Assembly (NCBI GenBank): GCA_010015585.1
Contig: ML975150.1
DNA: 64,000 nucleotides
Direction: 5' to 3' (one strand)
Origin: Eremomyces bilateralis CBS 781.70
Taxonomy: Eukaryota
Below, in pieces: positions 1 through 11,012 of the stretch. How positions within the stretch are numbered: the stretch's first letter is position 1; every line of letters begins with the position of its first letter. Below the pieces are notes generated by a model, which saw only the letters and a program-made list of their open reading frames with translations, was not told the DNA's origin and ran no database searches. Made by a program: the position numbers and the translations under genes.

Positions 1-559
1 CCGAAGAATAGGAAAGGCTAGGCTGTGGTATTTCAGGCGCTGTCTTGGTGGTGGTTGGGGAGGGTCGATCTGAACCGAGACTGGTGCGAGCAGCGGCTTG
101 CTTTATTTTCATTGGTCATGGTGTCGACGGCACCGGCATAAAAATATGGGAGGCGTTTTACGGTGGGTTCGTACTCCGTGACGATCATGGAGTCCTCGTT
201 TTCGAAACGGTCTCCGATTCAGCGTGTCACTTGGGGTTCGTGGGAGTTTTCAATCCGGTTGAGATGTTCAACTGGGATGGGTTCTTTGTCTTTTCTATTC
301 CGAGCGAATTTTTCCCTTTACAACGCTGTCCGTGTCGTCGAGCACAGTCCTCATGCGGCGGACTTGGACTGACACGGATGTTATGACTGGCTCCCGGAAG
401 AAATGCAAGATGGGAATGTCTTTTCGGTAACTATTGTGGTACTGTACGAGCATAGTTAGCCTTATATCAACGCAGCTCTTAAAACTACCATGCATGCATT
501 GCATCTGATACCTATAATTTTACTGACCGCGACTCCCAATCCATACATAGCACGGGGTA

Positions 560-2149
560 TCAAGATCCCAAAGCCACCCAACTCGCCCAACACTCCTTCA
601 ACCTACCTCCACCCCATGACCCTAACCTACAGATAAATCCTTCGGTATCTACCCACTGGACCTCAACGCGCACCCGGAGATCCCCATCCCTATCGGCGTC
701 GAAGCCGCTCAGGGCGGCCAAAACCGTGGGCGGCTTCGTGAACCACCCGTCTTTGAAATCGACCCGCACGAGCTGGTCATACTCGTCATCCTCCTGCTCA
801 TCCAGGCCGAATGTGGCCTCAATCACGCCTGAATCGACACACTTCTTGCCGTGAGGGTAGCCGATCCAGCACATCGAAGCGCCGACCGGAGATTCATCAT
901 CAAAACTCGGATTGTGGTCCATACCTCCTCTATCAGTCCGGTCATCGAGACCCGAAGCATCCAGCACCGCGCGAAAATGCGACGACTCCACCCCCTCCAC
1001 CTTCGCAAACAACCGCCGCGGCCTCCGTTCCGACCTCCTACGCGCCGGGAAGTTCACCCGGTTAAGCCAGCAGATAATCTCCGGCGGCCGACCTTCCGGC
1101 TGCGGAAACGGCAGCTTCACCCACTTCTCATACACGTTCCTTCGCGGCTGGCGCAGCCGTGGTTCCCGCGGACTGAGTGGACTGCCGTCCAGGGAGTTCA
1201 TGCCCGTAGCGGTCGAATCGCTCACGGTGAGATCGCTCAAGGTCGTGCTCAGTGTCGACGGTGCTGTGGACGAAGTCGAGATCGAGCTCGCCATTGTCGT
1301 GCTGGTCTCCATGCGTGTAGGAGCGGCTCGTGAATTCGGCAGAGGCGTGGTTGGACGGCTCTCGGTCGACTGATCGGCCCACCCGCGCTCCACCACCCTT
1401 TTCGGGGCCGGCTGCCCACAAGTGGGACATCGCTCCGTATGCTCTCGTCCGGCGACAGGTCGCACCGACGGACTCACCGGAGTCCGTGGCGGCGTCAACA
1501 ACTGTCTCCCCTCTCCATGGGAGACCAATGCCTGATTCCCAGTATTCTTCTCACCCCTCCGTCGCCAGCGGCGCTTCTTCACCTGCCGCGAGTCGAATTG
1601 CCCAAACCAGCATTGCTTCGCGCCATCTTTATGCTCAATCCACGTCCCCGCTGCAGCGTACATGGCACCCCGACCCCACGTCTCGGCCGTCAGGCGCATG
1701 CTCGCGGCGGTGATCTCAGAGCCCACGAGGTTGGCGCGCAGCGGGAGGGAGGCATCGTTAGCGGTGGAGGGAGTTTGAGGGGAGTCCTCGAGGCTGGTCG
1801 ATGGCGAGGGTGGGTAGGCGGCGAGGTTCAGCATGCTGAAGCCGGCGGCGATCTTGGGCGGGCGATTGTAGTGGCATGTGGGGAATAGGATCGTTCGCGA
1901 TGTGGAGCGGATAGGGAGGGTGGCGGGTCGGACGGAGATGGTTGTGAAGTGGCCGGTTGAGGGCTGCGGGTCCGGGTGGTGGAGGGAAGTTGGGGTGGAT
2001 TTGGAGGATTGAGATGCGGGCTTTGGGGATGACGGAGGAGTGTAGAACGGTGCCGAAAGATCATGGAGACCCGATTCAAGCGCGCTTGCGGAGGATGACA
2101 TGTTGAGTCCTTGATAGCCGGCCGACCGGTTCGAATGGAGTGTACTCAT
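560..2149 (-). CDS. H-type lectin domain protein (three repeats with disordered inserts)
   Basis: 529-aa intronless ORF. The C-terminal VDFKDGWFTKPPTVLAALSGFDADRDGDLRVRVEVQWVDTEGFICRLGSWGGGRLKECWASWVA matches the H-type lectin pattern. Two more degenerate copies lie upstream (RPPKIAAGFSMLNL..., RPPEIICWLNRVNF...). Confidence 0.75.
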   Translation of the reverse strand: MSTLHSNRSAGYQGLNMSSSASALESGLHDLSAPFYTPPSSPKPASQSSKSTPTSLHHPDPQPSTGHFTTISVRPATLPIRSTSRTILFPTCHYNRPPKIAAGFSMLNLAAYPPSPSTSLEDSPQTPSTANDASLPLRANLVGSEITAASMRLTAETWGRGAMYAAAGTWIEHKDGAKQCWFGQFDSRQVKKRRWRRRGEKNTGNQALVSHGEGRQLLTPPRTPVSPSVRPVAGREHTERCPTCGQPAPKRVVERGWADQSTESRPTTPLPNSRAAPTRMETSTTMASSISTSSTAPSTLSTTLSDLTVSDSTATGMNSLDGSPLSPREPRLRQPRRNVYEKWVKLPFPQPEGRPPEIICWLNRVNFPARRRSERRPRRLFAKVEGVESSHFRAVLDASGLDDRTDRGGMDHNPSFDDESPVGASMCWIGYPHGKKCVDSGVIEATFGLDEQEDDEYDQLVRVDFKDGWFTKPPTVLAALSGFDADRDGDLRVRVEVQWVDTEGFICRLGSWGGGRLKECWASWVALGS

Positions 2150-2778
2150 CTCAATTGCTACCGCGCCTTCGTTCCGAAGATATTACTGCCATCGCATCCG
2201 GTTTGGCATCGTCGCGATATTGCTAACCAGGCCAATAGGTTCGCCAATCCTATGCGACCAGGCTTGGGACACTGGCAAACATCGAAGGAATGACAATATC
2301 CGCGGTAATGAGCCGAGGCGAAGAAGGAATAGTTATTCTGAGAAACACTGGAAAGGTTGAAATGGAGACGATTGGAGATGTTCAAGATCGACACATGGGA
2401 TGTCCAGGGATAGTCGCTGCTAGATACTTGGGATAATTCTCGATGAATTGATCTAACCAACTTTTCGTCAAGCCATATATGCTCTGGAGTACAAAGAGAG
2501 GCGTGTATCAACTGAGGGAACAGTGAGGGCATTGATGAAATCAACAATTCTATCTTGCAGAATATCCATTACTTCTCGACAGCACAAGGACTGCGCCGAT
2601 CTGATATTGCTGCTCGCACTGGTGACGTCATGCATCCTCATGCTCGATGCGCTTCATCATGCCGTGAGATTGGGAGATTTCCAAGGAAATACTATAGGTG
2701 AAAAGGTATACATGCAAATACTAGAAAAGAACAGACCGCACCTAGACTGCGCCTAGACCGCATCCTTTCATTAGCCTT

Positions 2779-3323
2779 CTACTTCTTCGCCCCCTCACCC
2801 TTCTTACCCCAGAGTCCTCCCACATATCCACCCGCACCCTTCACGCCCTCTCCAGCCTTCCCCGCCATCCCCTTCGCTTGCTCACCCGCACCCGAAACCA
2901 CCCCTCCCGCCTGTCCAACATAGCCATCCCCCTGGCCGCCGGGGAGATACCCCCCCTTATCGTCCTTCCCTCCCCGCTCCGCTCGATTGACGCCCTCTTT
3001 CGAGGCTCTGTCGCCGATCGGTTGCGCAAGGCCGCCTGTGCCCACTTGCCCGGCGACGAGGTTGTTTACGCCGTCTTGGAGAGTGTCGACTTGCTTGATG
3101 CCGGTGACTTTGGATTTGTTGAGGGTGTCTAGAGGCGTTCAGCGTCTGCGCACGGATTGGGTTGAGATGGGATGGGGATACCTTTGGTGGCATAGGAGGC
3201 TTTGTTGTCCTTGGTGAACCATCTCAGATATAGGTCTTCGATCCACGGCATCCATGAGTCTTTCTGTTTCTGATACTGCTCGCTGGTCCGCTGAGAGTAG
3301 GTTTTATTCTGAGGTTCGGCCAT
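2779..3323 (-). CDS. small Gly-rich hypothetical protein (163 aa, LEA-like tail)
   Basis: Exons 3323-3182 and 3128-2779 are joined by the 53-nt GT..TAG intron 3181-3129. The frame is preserved (…ASYATK/DTLNKSKVTGIKQVDTLQDGVNNLVAGQVG…). Confidence 0.8.
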
Positions 3324-4245
3324 GGCAACGGGTTTCTTTGCAGACTCTAGAGGTTGGGACAGCGATATGTAAATGAGAAAGACTGGATTACTTGAACGAC
3401 GTAGAAGCAGAGGACCTATATATTGGGAGAGAATACTAAAACCCTTCTCTTCAAATGGGTCCTTTGAATCCTAAGTACTCATCGCCATCTTCCTGATACG
3501 TCCAACTCGAACCTGCGCCGCGGTAGACCAGCCCCAAAATCAGGGTTCCATCCCGTCTGGGCTAAGACTCCATCACGTAGCAAGTGATGAAGTGACCCAT
3601 CACTGGCGGGCTAGTATCCGAAGAAATCCTCCGGTTGGTTGATACCAAAAACGGCCGGCTTGAAGTGATGATATTAGCAAGGGCGACGGGTCGCGAATCT
3701 AAGTGTCGACGTCATCGGGGAGGGAACGTCGATCGTTATCCTTGTGCTACTTTCTGGGATGGAGAACCTGTACGTCGACCAGGGTCATCGCATATTCATT
3801 GGAGATTCTGGAAATGGTCATGTGCGAAACGGTGCTCAAGTCGTGGATACGGCAGGCTACAGTATAGGCGACAAATGGAACGTGCAAATACCATCGCCTT
3901 CCTGTAAGCGGTTGAATCGGGGGCCCATTGCGACTACAGACTCCATTCCGAGCCTTTCTAGACTCAGTATGACTATCAAGTAAAGAAGATCAAAGCCATC
4001 CATTCGCTTATCGCTTATCGTATCAAACGTGGTATCAGAGCTACATCTGCTGGACGTTACACTCTATCCATCAATCCGCTTCGAACGCTCAAAATGGTCC
4101 CCAAAAAGGGACGAACCGACTCAAATCCGAAAGGTATCGTTCTTCCCCACTGCATGCAAACCAGGGGGCGAACCCACTCATCCGAGTATCCAACACGGAT
4201 CTCGCTGCCTTATCACTCCCAATCTCACTCCTGCCCCGTCACATA

Positions 4246-7200
4246 TCAGCTTCTCAAACTACTATTCCTCCCCGCCGCCACATTCCCCCCCAACGACGTC
4301 CGCCTCCCCTCCCGATCCAAATACCGCCGCGTCCCCGCCCCCGCACTCATCGGCACCCGACTCGTATCGATCCGACTCGCCGCTCGCTCCCCTGTCCCCA
4401 CGTTCAACCCCATCTGCACCCGCCGCAACCCATGCGCGTACCCCGGCCCCTCTTTCGCCGTCCCTGTTGTCGAGGACCCGGGTTGACCGCCAACGGTTAG
4501 GTACGCGCTCCGCGTCTCCGGGAGGGGCACGTTGCTGGTGTACACGCCACTGCCAGTGGTGGTGGAGCTGGAGGCGGACGCAGGGCCTTCGCGGCCGAGG
4601 CTAAGGCGCTTAGCGCGGCTGGCGCGGAGCTCGGTGAGGTTGAAGTGGCGGCGCTCGGAGAGGGAGTGGCGGGTGCTTGGGGAGACTTCGGTGGCGGCGC
4701 GGCTGGGGATGCGGAGGGAGGGGGAGTTTTCGGCGGACTCGGTGGTGTCGGGGGCTTGGTCGGAGGAAAAGGTGATGGGGGATGATGCATCGAAGGGTCG
4801 GGAGGTGTGGCGGTTGCGGAGGAGGGAGGTACCGGCGCGGATGGGTTGTGAGGAGGGGACATGGAGTTTGGATTCAGCGGGAGATTGGGGGGAGAAAGTA
4901 GAGTGTGGCTGATTGGTGGAGTCCCGTGGGGAATTGGTTGCGGAATTGGATTGAAATGTCATCAGGCTGCTTCGACGTGCTTCGATGCGGTCCAAGGCAC
5001 GGCTCGGCGTGGAGCGAATATAGTCAGGATCCGGTTCGAGAGAGGCAGATCGTGACACTCGAGAATAGTTGACCAATGGATAGGAGACGGGAGGTCCCCC
5101 TTCGTGGTCTCCATTTATAGAAGGCCGCCGTGACAAGCCATCTTTGCTCCCAGGACGAGTCCTTGTCTCAGCTGCCGCGGTGGTCGTGTTCGAGTCCATC
5201 CGGCCGTCGCACATGGCAATGGTAAGCTCCGTCATACTGCGGCAAAGGCCGTCCACTTTGCGCTTGATTTTGCGGTCAACGTTACTCGAACCGAAATTGT
5301 TCAGGCCCATCACATTGTGGGAGTAGATGCTTGCCGTGCCCTGGGGACCAGATTGAGAAGTCGATGCGAGGACGGCGAGCTCCAGCGCATCGCTGGCTGC
5401 CACCTCGAGGGAAGAATAGAGAGGGGAGGGAAGAAGCTCCTTGGCACGGGTGAGGGCGTCGTGGAGCAACGGATGGAGGGATACAGCAGCTGGCCCTCCC
5501 AGATGCAGGCTGGTCGGAGTGTTTGGATCGAAACTTCCCTCAAGAGATTCGCTTCGCTTGGGCGTATTCGTCGCCCGCCGCGGCGAAGACGATACGGTTG
5601 TGACGGTAGTGGTTACTCCTGTGCCTGCTGTTCGAGGCCGGTCTCGGTCGGTATGGGGCGAGCTTGATATTGTTGCTCCGCTCGTGGAAGGCCACTTTCC
5701 CGTGAGCTCAAGATTCCGGATTCGAGACTTGATATCGTCTAATTCATCCCAAACCGTGGATGGAGCCGAGGTCGGATTGGATCCGACGGATTCCGCGGTT
5801 GCGTCCATTGCGGCGCGGGATTGAGCACGAGGTCTCCCGATTAGGCCGGTGATGGTGGTGTCCTCTTCTAGGGGCATCTCATCATGCGTAGAGCTCTCGG
5901 GATCCAGGTTGAAATCTGCGGATGCATCATAATTCAATCGCGAAGGTCGGTATGACCGTTGTCGAGCGGATGCGGCGTACATAGATTCGGAGATAGAGGG
6001 TCTTCGATTCCTGGTGCCGTGCTCTAAATTCGGTGGCTGGGATCCCGGAGATACCAAAGGAGAATGCGGCAAAGTTGCCATCGCGCGCGATTTGGTGGGT
6101 TCGATGCGAAGAGATGGTGATATGGGAGATGACTCGGGATGGTTTCGGTATGATGGTGTGGTAAAGGTCGATGACCGTCGGTACCTAGAGCCGCTTTCAC
6201 CGGTAACAGACATGAGCGGAGACTCTGCATAGTCGGACCCTTGGTCATTCGAGTCGCGACGAAGTCGTGCTGGCGGCGTGTAGTGGGTTGGAAAGGATTG
6301 ACGTTGTGGAACACGCGCGATCCTCGACTGTTGTCATGTCAGCAGAGGCACACCATGGCTGGAAGAAATAGTAATTTACCTTTCGCTTTGTAACCCCCGG
6401 GTCGTCCGCTACCGAATCCTGTTTCTTTGCAAGATGTAGAAACAAATCCTCGCTTCCAGCGGAGTTGCCTCCTTCTGCTCCAAAGCTCCGTCCGCTTTCT
6501 TGCTCCTCCAACCCAATCAAATCTTCAATCGCGTGGTCGTCATCCTCATAATGAGGGTCCATCCGGGGTCCTCGAGCCATGTCCTCTCTCTCGTTTTGAT
6601 CCCTAGTGTTTTGGGGTTCGGACGCGGTCTTCCCGTCGTGTGCTGCTGCGTCGTTTTCCTTCGATGATGACGCCTCTCCCGACTTTCGCTCTTCCAACTT
6701 CTCTTCCTTCACTACTGGCGAACCCTCCAAAGTTACTGCGCTTCGCGAAGTGGTGCTGCCGTGACCTAAAGAATCAAAATTCCGGGGCTGTCCACCGGCT
6801 TGCTCTCTGTCGTGACGGCGGTATAACCTCCCAAGGTCTGAGCTATAACTCTGGCGGGTAATCAAAGACTGCGGAGGTCCGTTGGCCGTTGCGATTCCAT
6901 AGGAACTGCGGGATGCGGGTTGTCGTTTCGCACCTTTCGCAGGAGTTTTGGGACTCCTATGTGAATACTGATATGATACGGCCCGAGTGGAGGAGAGCGC
7001 AGGAAGGGATTGTTGCTGTTTAATTTTGGAGACCGGCGGAGTGCTCTGGGTATTTTTTGCAGCCGAAGTAATGTTGGTTGGCGATGAATATGGTGAAAGC
7101 GACGGAGCCACCGACTTTGGAGCGTCGGGTTTCGGAGGGCTCGAGAAGGAGGAACCGGCGGTCGGCGAAGTAACAATGGTGCTGGAAGAATCTAGATTCG

Positions 7201-7900
7201 AATCCTGAGAAGTCGCGGAGCTCGAAGTCGAGCTTTCTGTCGGACGACGGAGTTCTTGGAAACGTCGGTCATTCGCGTCGTTGCTGCTTTGGACGCTGTG
7301 AGGTTCCTCGGGGATTGGATGTGAAGTCGACTGGGACGCGGGACGATTATCTATTGGGCGCGACGTGTCGCTCTTGACGTGGTTCACGGGGACTGCATTC
7401 GGATCTTCGCCAGCTTTAGCGGCCTGCGCGTGCTCGTCGCAATCGAAAAATTGATCGTGGCTTTGTATGGAGGCTCGCAGATCGGTGGTGTTTGGCTGGG
7501 TCATGCCACGACTGTTGCGGAGGAGATCTGGAGTGATGGCCGGATCACTCAGGCTCCTCGCCTCTGAGACGCTGCCCCGGCCCATTTTCGACGCAGACAA
7601 CGGCTGCTGTCGCTGCGATTGGCTGTGCGGAATATGCGACGGGCCGTTGTCAATCTGCCATGCTGTAGCACGGTAATTAGATCCCGATGAGCGTCGCCCT
7701 TTTAGTCCAACTCGACCGCGCTGCTCGGCAGCAAACATCGGTTTCCTGACAACAATTGAACTTGCAGCTTCAGGAGATAAGACAGAGGAGAAACAGTTCT
7801 GCAATGCCTTGCCAACTGGAGGAAAAAGGGACGCCCGGACAACACGCGGGACGGCGGGAGGCGTAAGGGGGGCTTTCCGAAGCGACCAGACATGGCCCAT
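4246..7900 (-). CDS. Mto2/Spa18-like MTOC-associated disordered protein (start uncertain)
   Basis: Two long ORFs are joined by intron 6379-6328 (GTAAAT..GCTGAC..CAG). Blocks STVWDELDDIKSRIRNLELTG, LLHDALTRAKELLPSPLYSSLE and VDGLCRSMTELTIAM resemble S. pombe Mto2 as recalled. Several in-frame ATGs are possible starts. Confidence 0.65.
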
Positions 7901-10014
7901 GGTGCCTTGCTTGCCCAACCCGCAAGCGTCTGGCCCTGCAATTCTCACACACTATCCTAGTTTCGTCGCTGCTAGTTGGGATCCTTTCAACAACATGTTT
8001 AATTGAACCGGAATTAGTATCGAGAACCATTCCTGGGGTTTTCGCCCTCAAAGAGACCAATGGGTTCAGGTACGGAGAACCGCGATAGGAAACGTTTGGA
8101 TTTCCCCTTTCTCCATGCTCCTGGTACTGGCTCCTGGGAAGAGCCATACCGTCCCATCTCAATTCTCATGATCTAATTCATCTGAATAACCCCACAAACA
8201 GTCTACCCGCATCACACTGCAAATTGTAAAACCATTGCAGTGGAAGGAAAGCACGGCCCTCCATGGAACGGCGCGGACGCGGCGGGGTGAGACATGAGGG
8301 TGAGGAGAAGGGGGGACCATTTTGGATTTTACGGATCACAGAACCCACTGGGCACTGGGACTTCAGAACTCAGATCCCCCTGATGATAAAGAGGTCCATG
8401 CCTGTTGTTAGTGGTAATACTGGTGTATAATATATTATATATTCCATCAGGTTGTCCATTTTGTCGAATCATCATATTTGACTATCCATGAGGTTGGCGA
8501 CATCACCCCGGCTTATACCAAGCCGTACATGTCCCATCGCTCGAGGTAATCGGGATATGGGGTTGCGGGTGGTCTGTCCTACGCTTCCTTATTGTCTCAT
8601 GAATACCTACCGATCCGGAATACAGTTTCGCAGTTCGCTTGATCATATATGTGACCATGTTTTCCTATCTTCTTGACTTACTCCGTATCGACTATCGCAT
8701 ACCATGAGGCTACTCAGTAGTCAGTACATCCCACTTAAACTCAAAGGGGTTAAATAACTACCATCCGGTACGTACCATACCCCGAAATATTCAATCTCCG
8801 CGTGGAGGCAGCGTGGTTAACCACTCGTGCCACTCCACAACTTTTTTACAAGGAAATGGAACGTGGATGATGGAACAATATCAGAACTAAATCAAGAAAG
8901 ACGTTGTTGGCCCACTTAGGTGACCTCCGATTCCCCGAATGCTGAATAGAAAGCGCTCGTGTCATGACGGCAAACCTGTCAGAGACTCAGAGTGTCAGTG
9001 TTTCGAAAATCGAGCATTATCTGTGGGGCAGACTGTGCCCCATCGTTCCTACTGGAAGCCTGAAAGTCTGAAACCCTATTTGCGAACAAGATCAGCAATT
9101 GAATTGATCAATTGTCAATTGATGCTGGATACCAGACACGGCCCATCCGTTCAAGCCTCTGGAAAATATATTTGGATTATGGACATTTTGATTCTCTCGG
9201 CCGCAATCCACCAATCGAAGGTGTCCCCATTGCTCTGGATTTCAGGAATTTGAATTATCAACCTCAGAATATGCAGGACAATCCAACCCAGGGTTCGATG
9301 GGACCTTGCCAACCTGGTCAGCAGCCACAAAAAGATGTCCTTCAGCACCTGGGAGTTTGAAGTTTGAAGGTGGGAACCGGAAATGGGTGATGGGGATCGT
9401 CTGCGCCATCCGGCTACCCGCCGTTTCATCACTGTGGAGGCGTCTGACGGCCCCGCTCGGCTCTCCCCTCCGCGTCTGTTTGGTCAGAATCCAGAGCCCC
9501 GAGCCCGATTTTCCAGGCTCGCGAGTCAACGCCCAAAGAAATGCTCGCAATTCTCCACGATTAAATGAAGCAGGGAGAGGAGTGGAGGAGCAGAAGTTGG
9601 GCGGATTCAAGCCTTGGGGACTGGGGAGCGAAGGGCCAAGTTTCTTATCTGATCACAGGCATGATGTAGTCGGCGTTGCAGTGGAGGTGGTCACGGTGGT
9701 GTATCTTTTTGGTGCAAGCTCTTCGTTCGAATATCCATTGCCAATTTGGAAATAGGATAGGTTCTGGTCTTCTGATGGAGCATAAATAGAAGCGTCTTGA
9801 CTCATGAAGATTAAAACCACTAGTAATTCCTCCTAGGATGGCTAGCTTTGGAGGTTCAGATATCATCCGTGCCTGGATAGTCCATCACAGTGTTCAGGGC
9901 TCTCGTCTTATCGCCATATTTCGTGATCTGACGTTGGTGTGTGGAACGTCACAATATAATGTCTTAATGCTTCCTATGCTCGATCAGACTTGTCCGTAGG
10001 CGAAACAGCTGCAG

Positions 10015-10542
10015 CTATGGCAATCTGGCTACAAATGTCCCCTCATAAGCCTGCAATCCGGAATCTTCTACTTCAGTGATTTCTTTGAAGGATGAATCTC
10101 GGACTATATCCTCGAATCGCTGCCACTCACTCCTCGGACATATGCAAACGATCTGCCTCAATGACCCACCCTGGAAATGCTCCAGATATTTCGCAACGAG
10201 TCGAGGATCCCGTGGATACACCAGCAGCCAGGTCGCGGCCGTACCAGCTCCTGGGAAAAGATCATACGTGCCTCCCACATAGTGCATCAGGTCTTCAGGC
10301 ATGTACCTGTTGATCCCCAAGCTCTTGCTGTCTTGTATTTCCACTGCTTGGATGTTCAATGCATCAATATTGGCTAGGAGGAGTGCCTCCAAGAGACCGG
10401 CGCCGCTGCCGATTGACAGCACCGAGCCCGGAGTATGGGAGAAAACATGGTCCAGAGACGTAATTAGTTGTTTCGAAAGGCTATGACAGCAGCCTGCATG
10501 GAAAGATGGCTCATCGGGCAGATGCTTTGGCAATTCGCTCAT
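10015..10542 (-). CDS. putative class I SAM-dependent methyltransferase-like protein
   Basis: 175-aa ORF with motif I-like VLSIGSGAGLLEALL, followed by IQAVE. Confidence 0.65.
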   Translation of the reverse strand: MSELPKHLPDEPSFHAGCCHSLSKQLITSLDHVFSHTPGSVLSIGSGAGLLEALLLANIDALNIQAVEIQDSKSLGINRYMPEDLMHYVGGTYDLFPGAGTAATWLLVYPRDPRLVAKYLEHFQGGSLRQIVCICPRSEWQRFEDIVRDSSFKEITEVEDSGLQAYEGTFVARLP

Positions 10543-11012
10543 TGAAACGACCCGAGATGTATATGCATCTCCGTCCCGGTCCGGTGTGCGGATACGCAGT
10601 GCTGCGGTGTTCTTGTAGATTGCAATACGCGGAATCTTGAATATATTGATCCGGAACGGTGGTGGTCATTGAGAGAGTTCGATATCGAACTAGAATTTGT
10701 CTGTTGAGCACCACAGTCAGCAACTTGTTGTCCCTTGGTCCCTTGCGCTGATAGACATTTATTGTGGCACGAGCTTCTGTCTCCACCATGAAATCAGAAA
10801 TGGCATGGCTTCACGTGTTGACGTTGAAATGAATCACAGCATCATCCCCGCATTGATGACATCCCGTCCTCATCGAGCATATCAGCGTCTCTTTATCGCG
10901 TTGACGATGCTAGTTGCTGTCGAATATCGCAATTGTTGAATGCCGTTGAAGGATGTATCAGGATTGATTACTGTGACGTTCAACTGAGACAGCAAACGCT
11001 GTAACCGTAAAC

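Noticed and set aside
1..120. Possible minus-strand gene start (MKIKQAAARTSLG...) running off the window
   Set aside because: Too short and has no recognisable motif.
3635..3983. Short ORFs between two genes
   Set aside because: No family signature or splice structure.
8900..9900. Cluster of overlapping 60-150 aa ORFs on both strands
   Set aside because: No consistent frame or domain. It may be decayed sequence, but this is unsupported.
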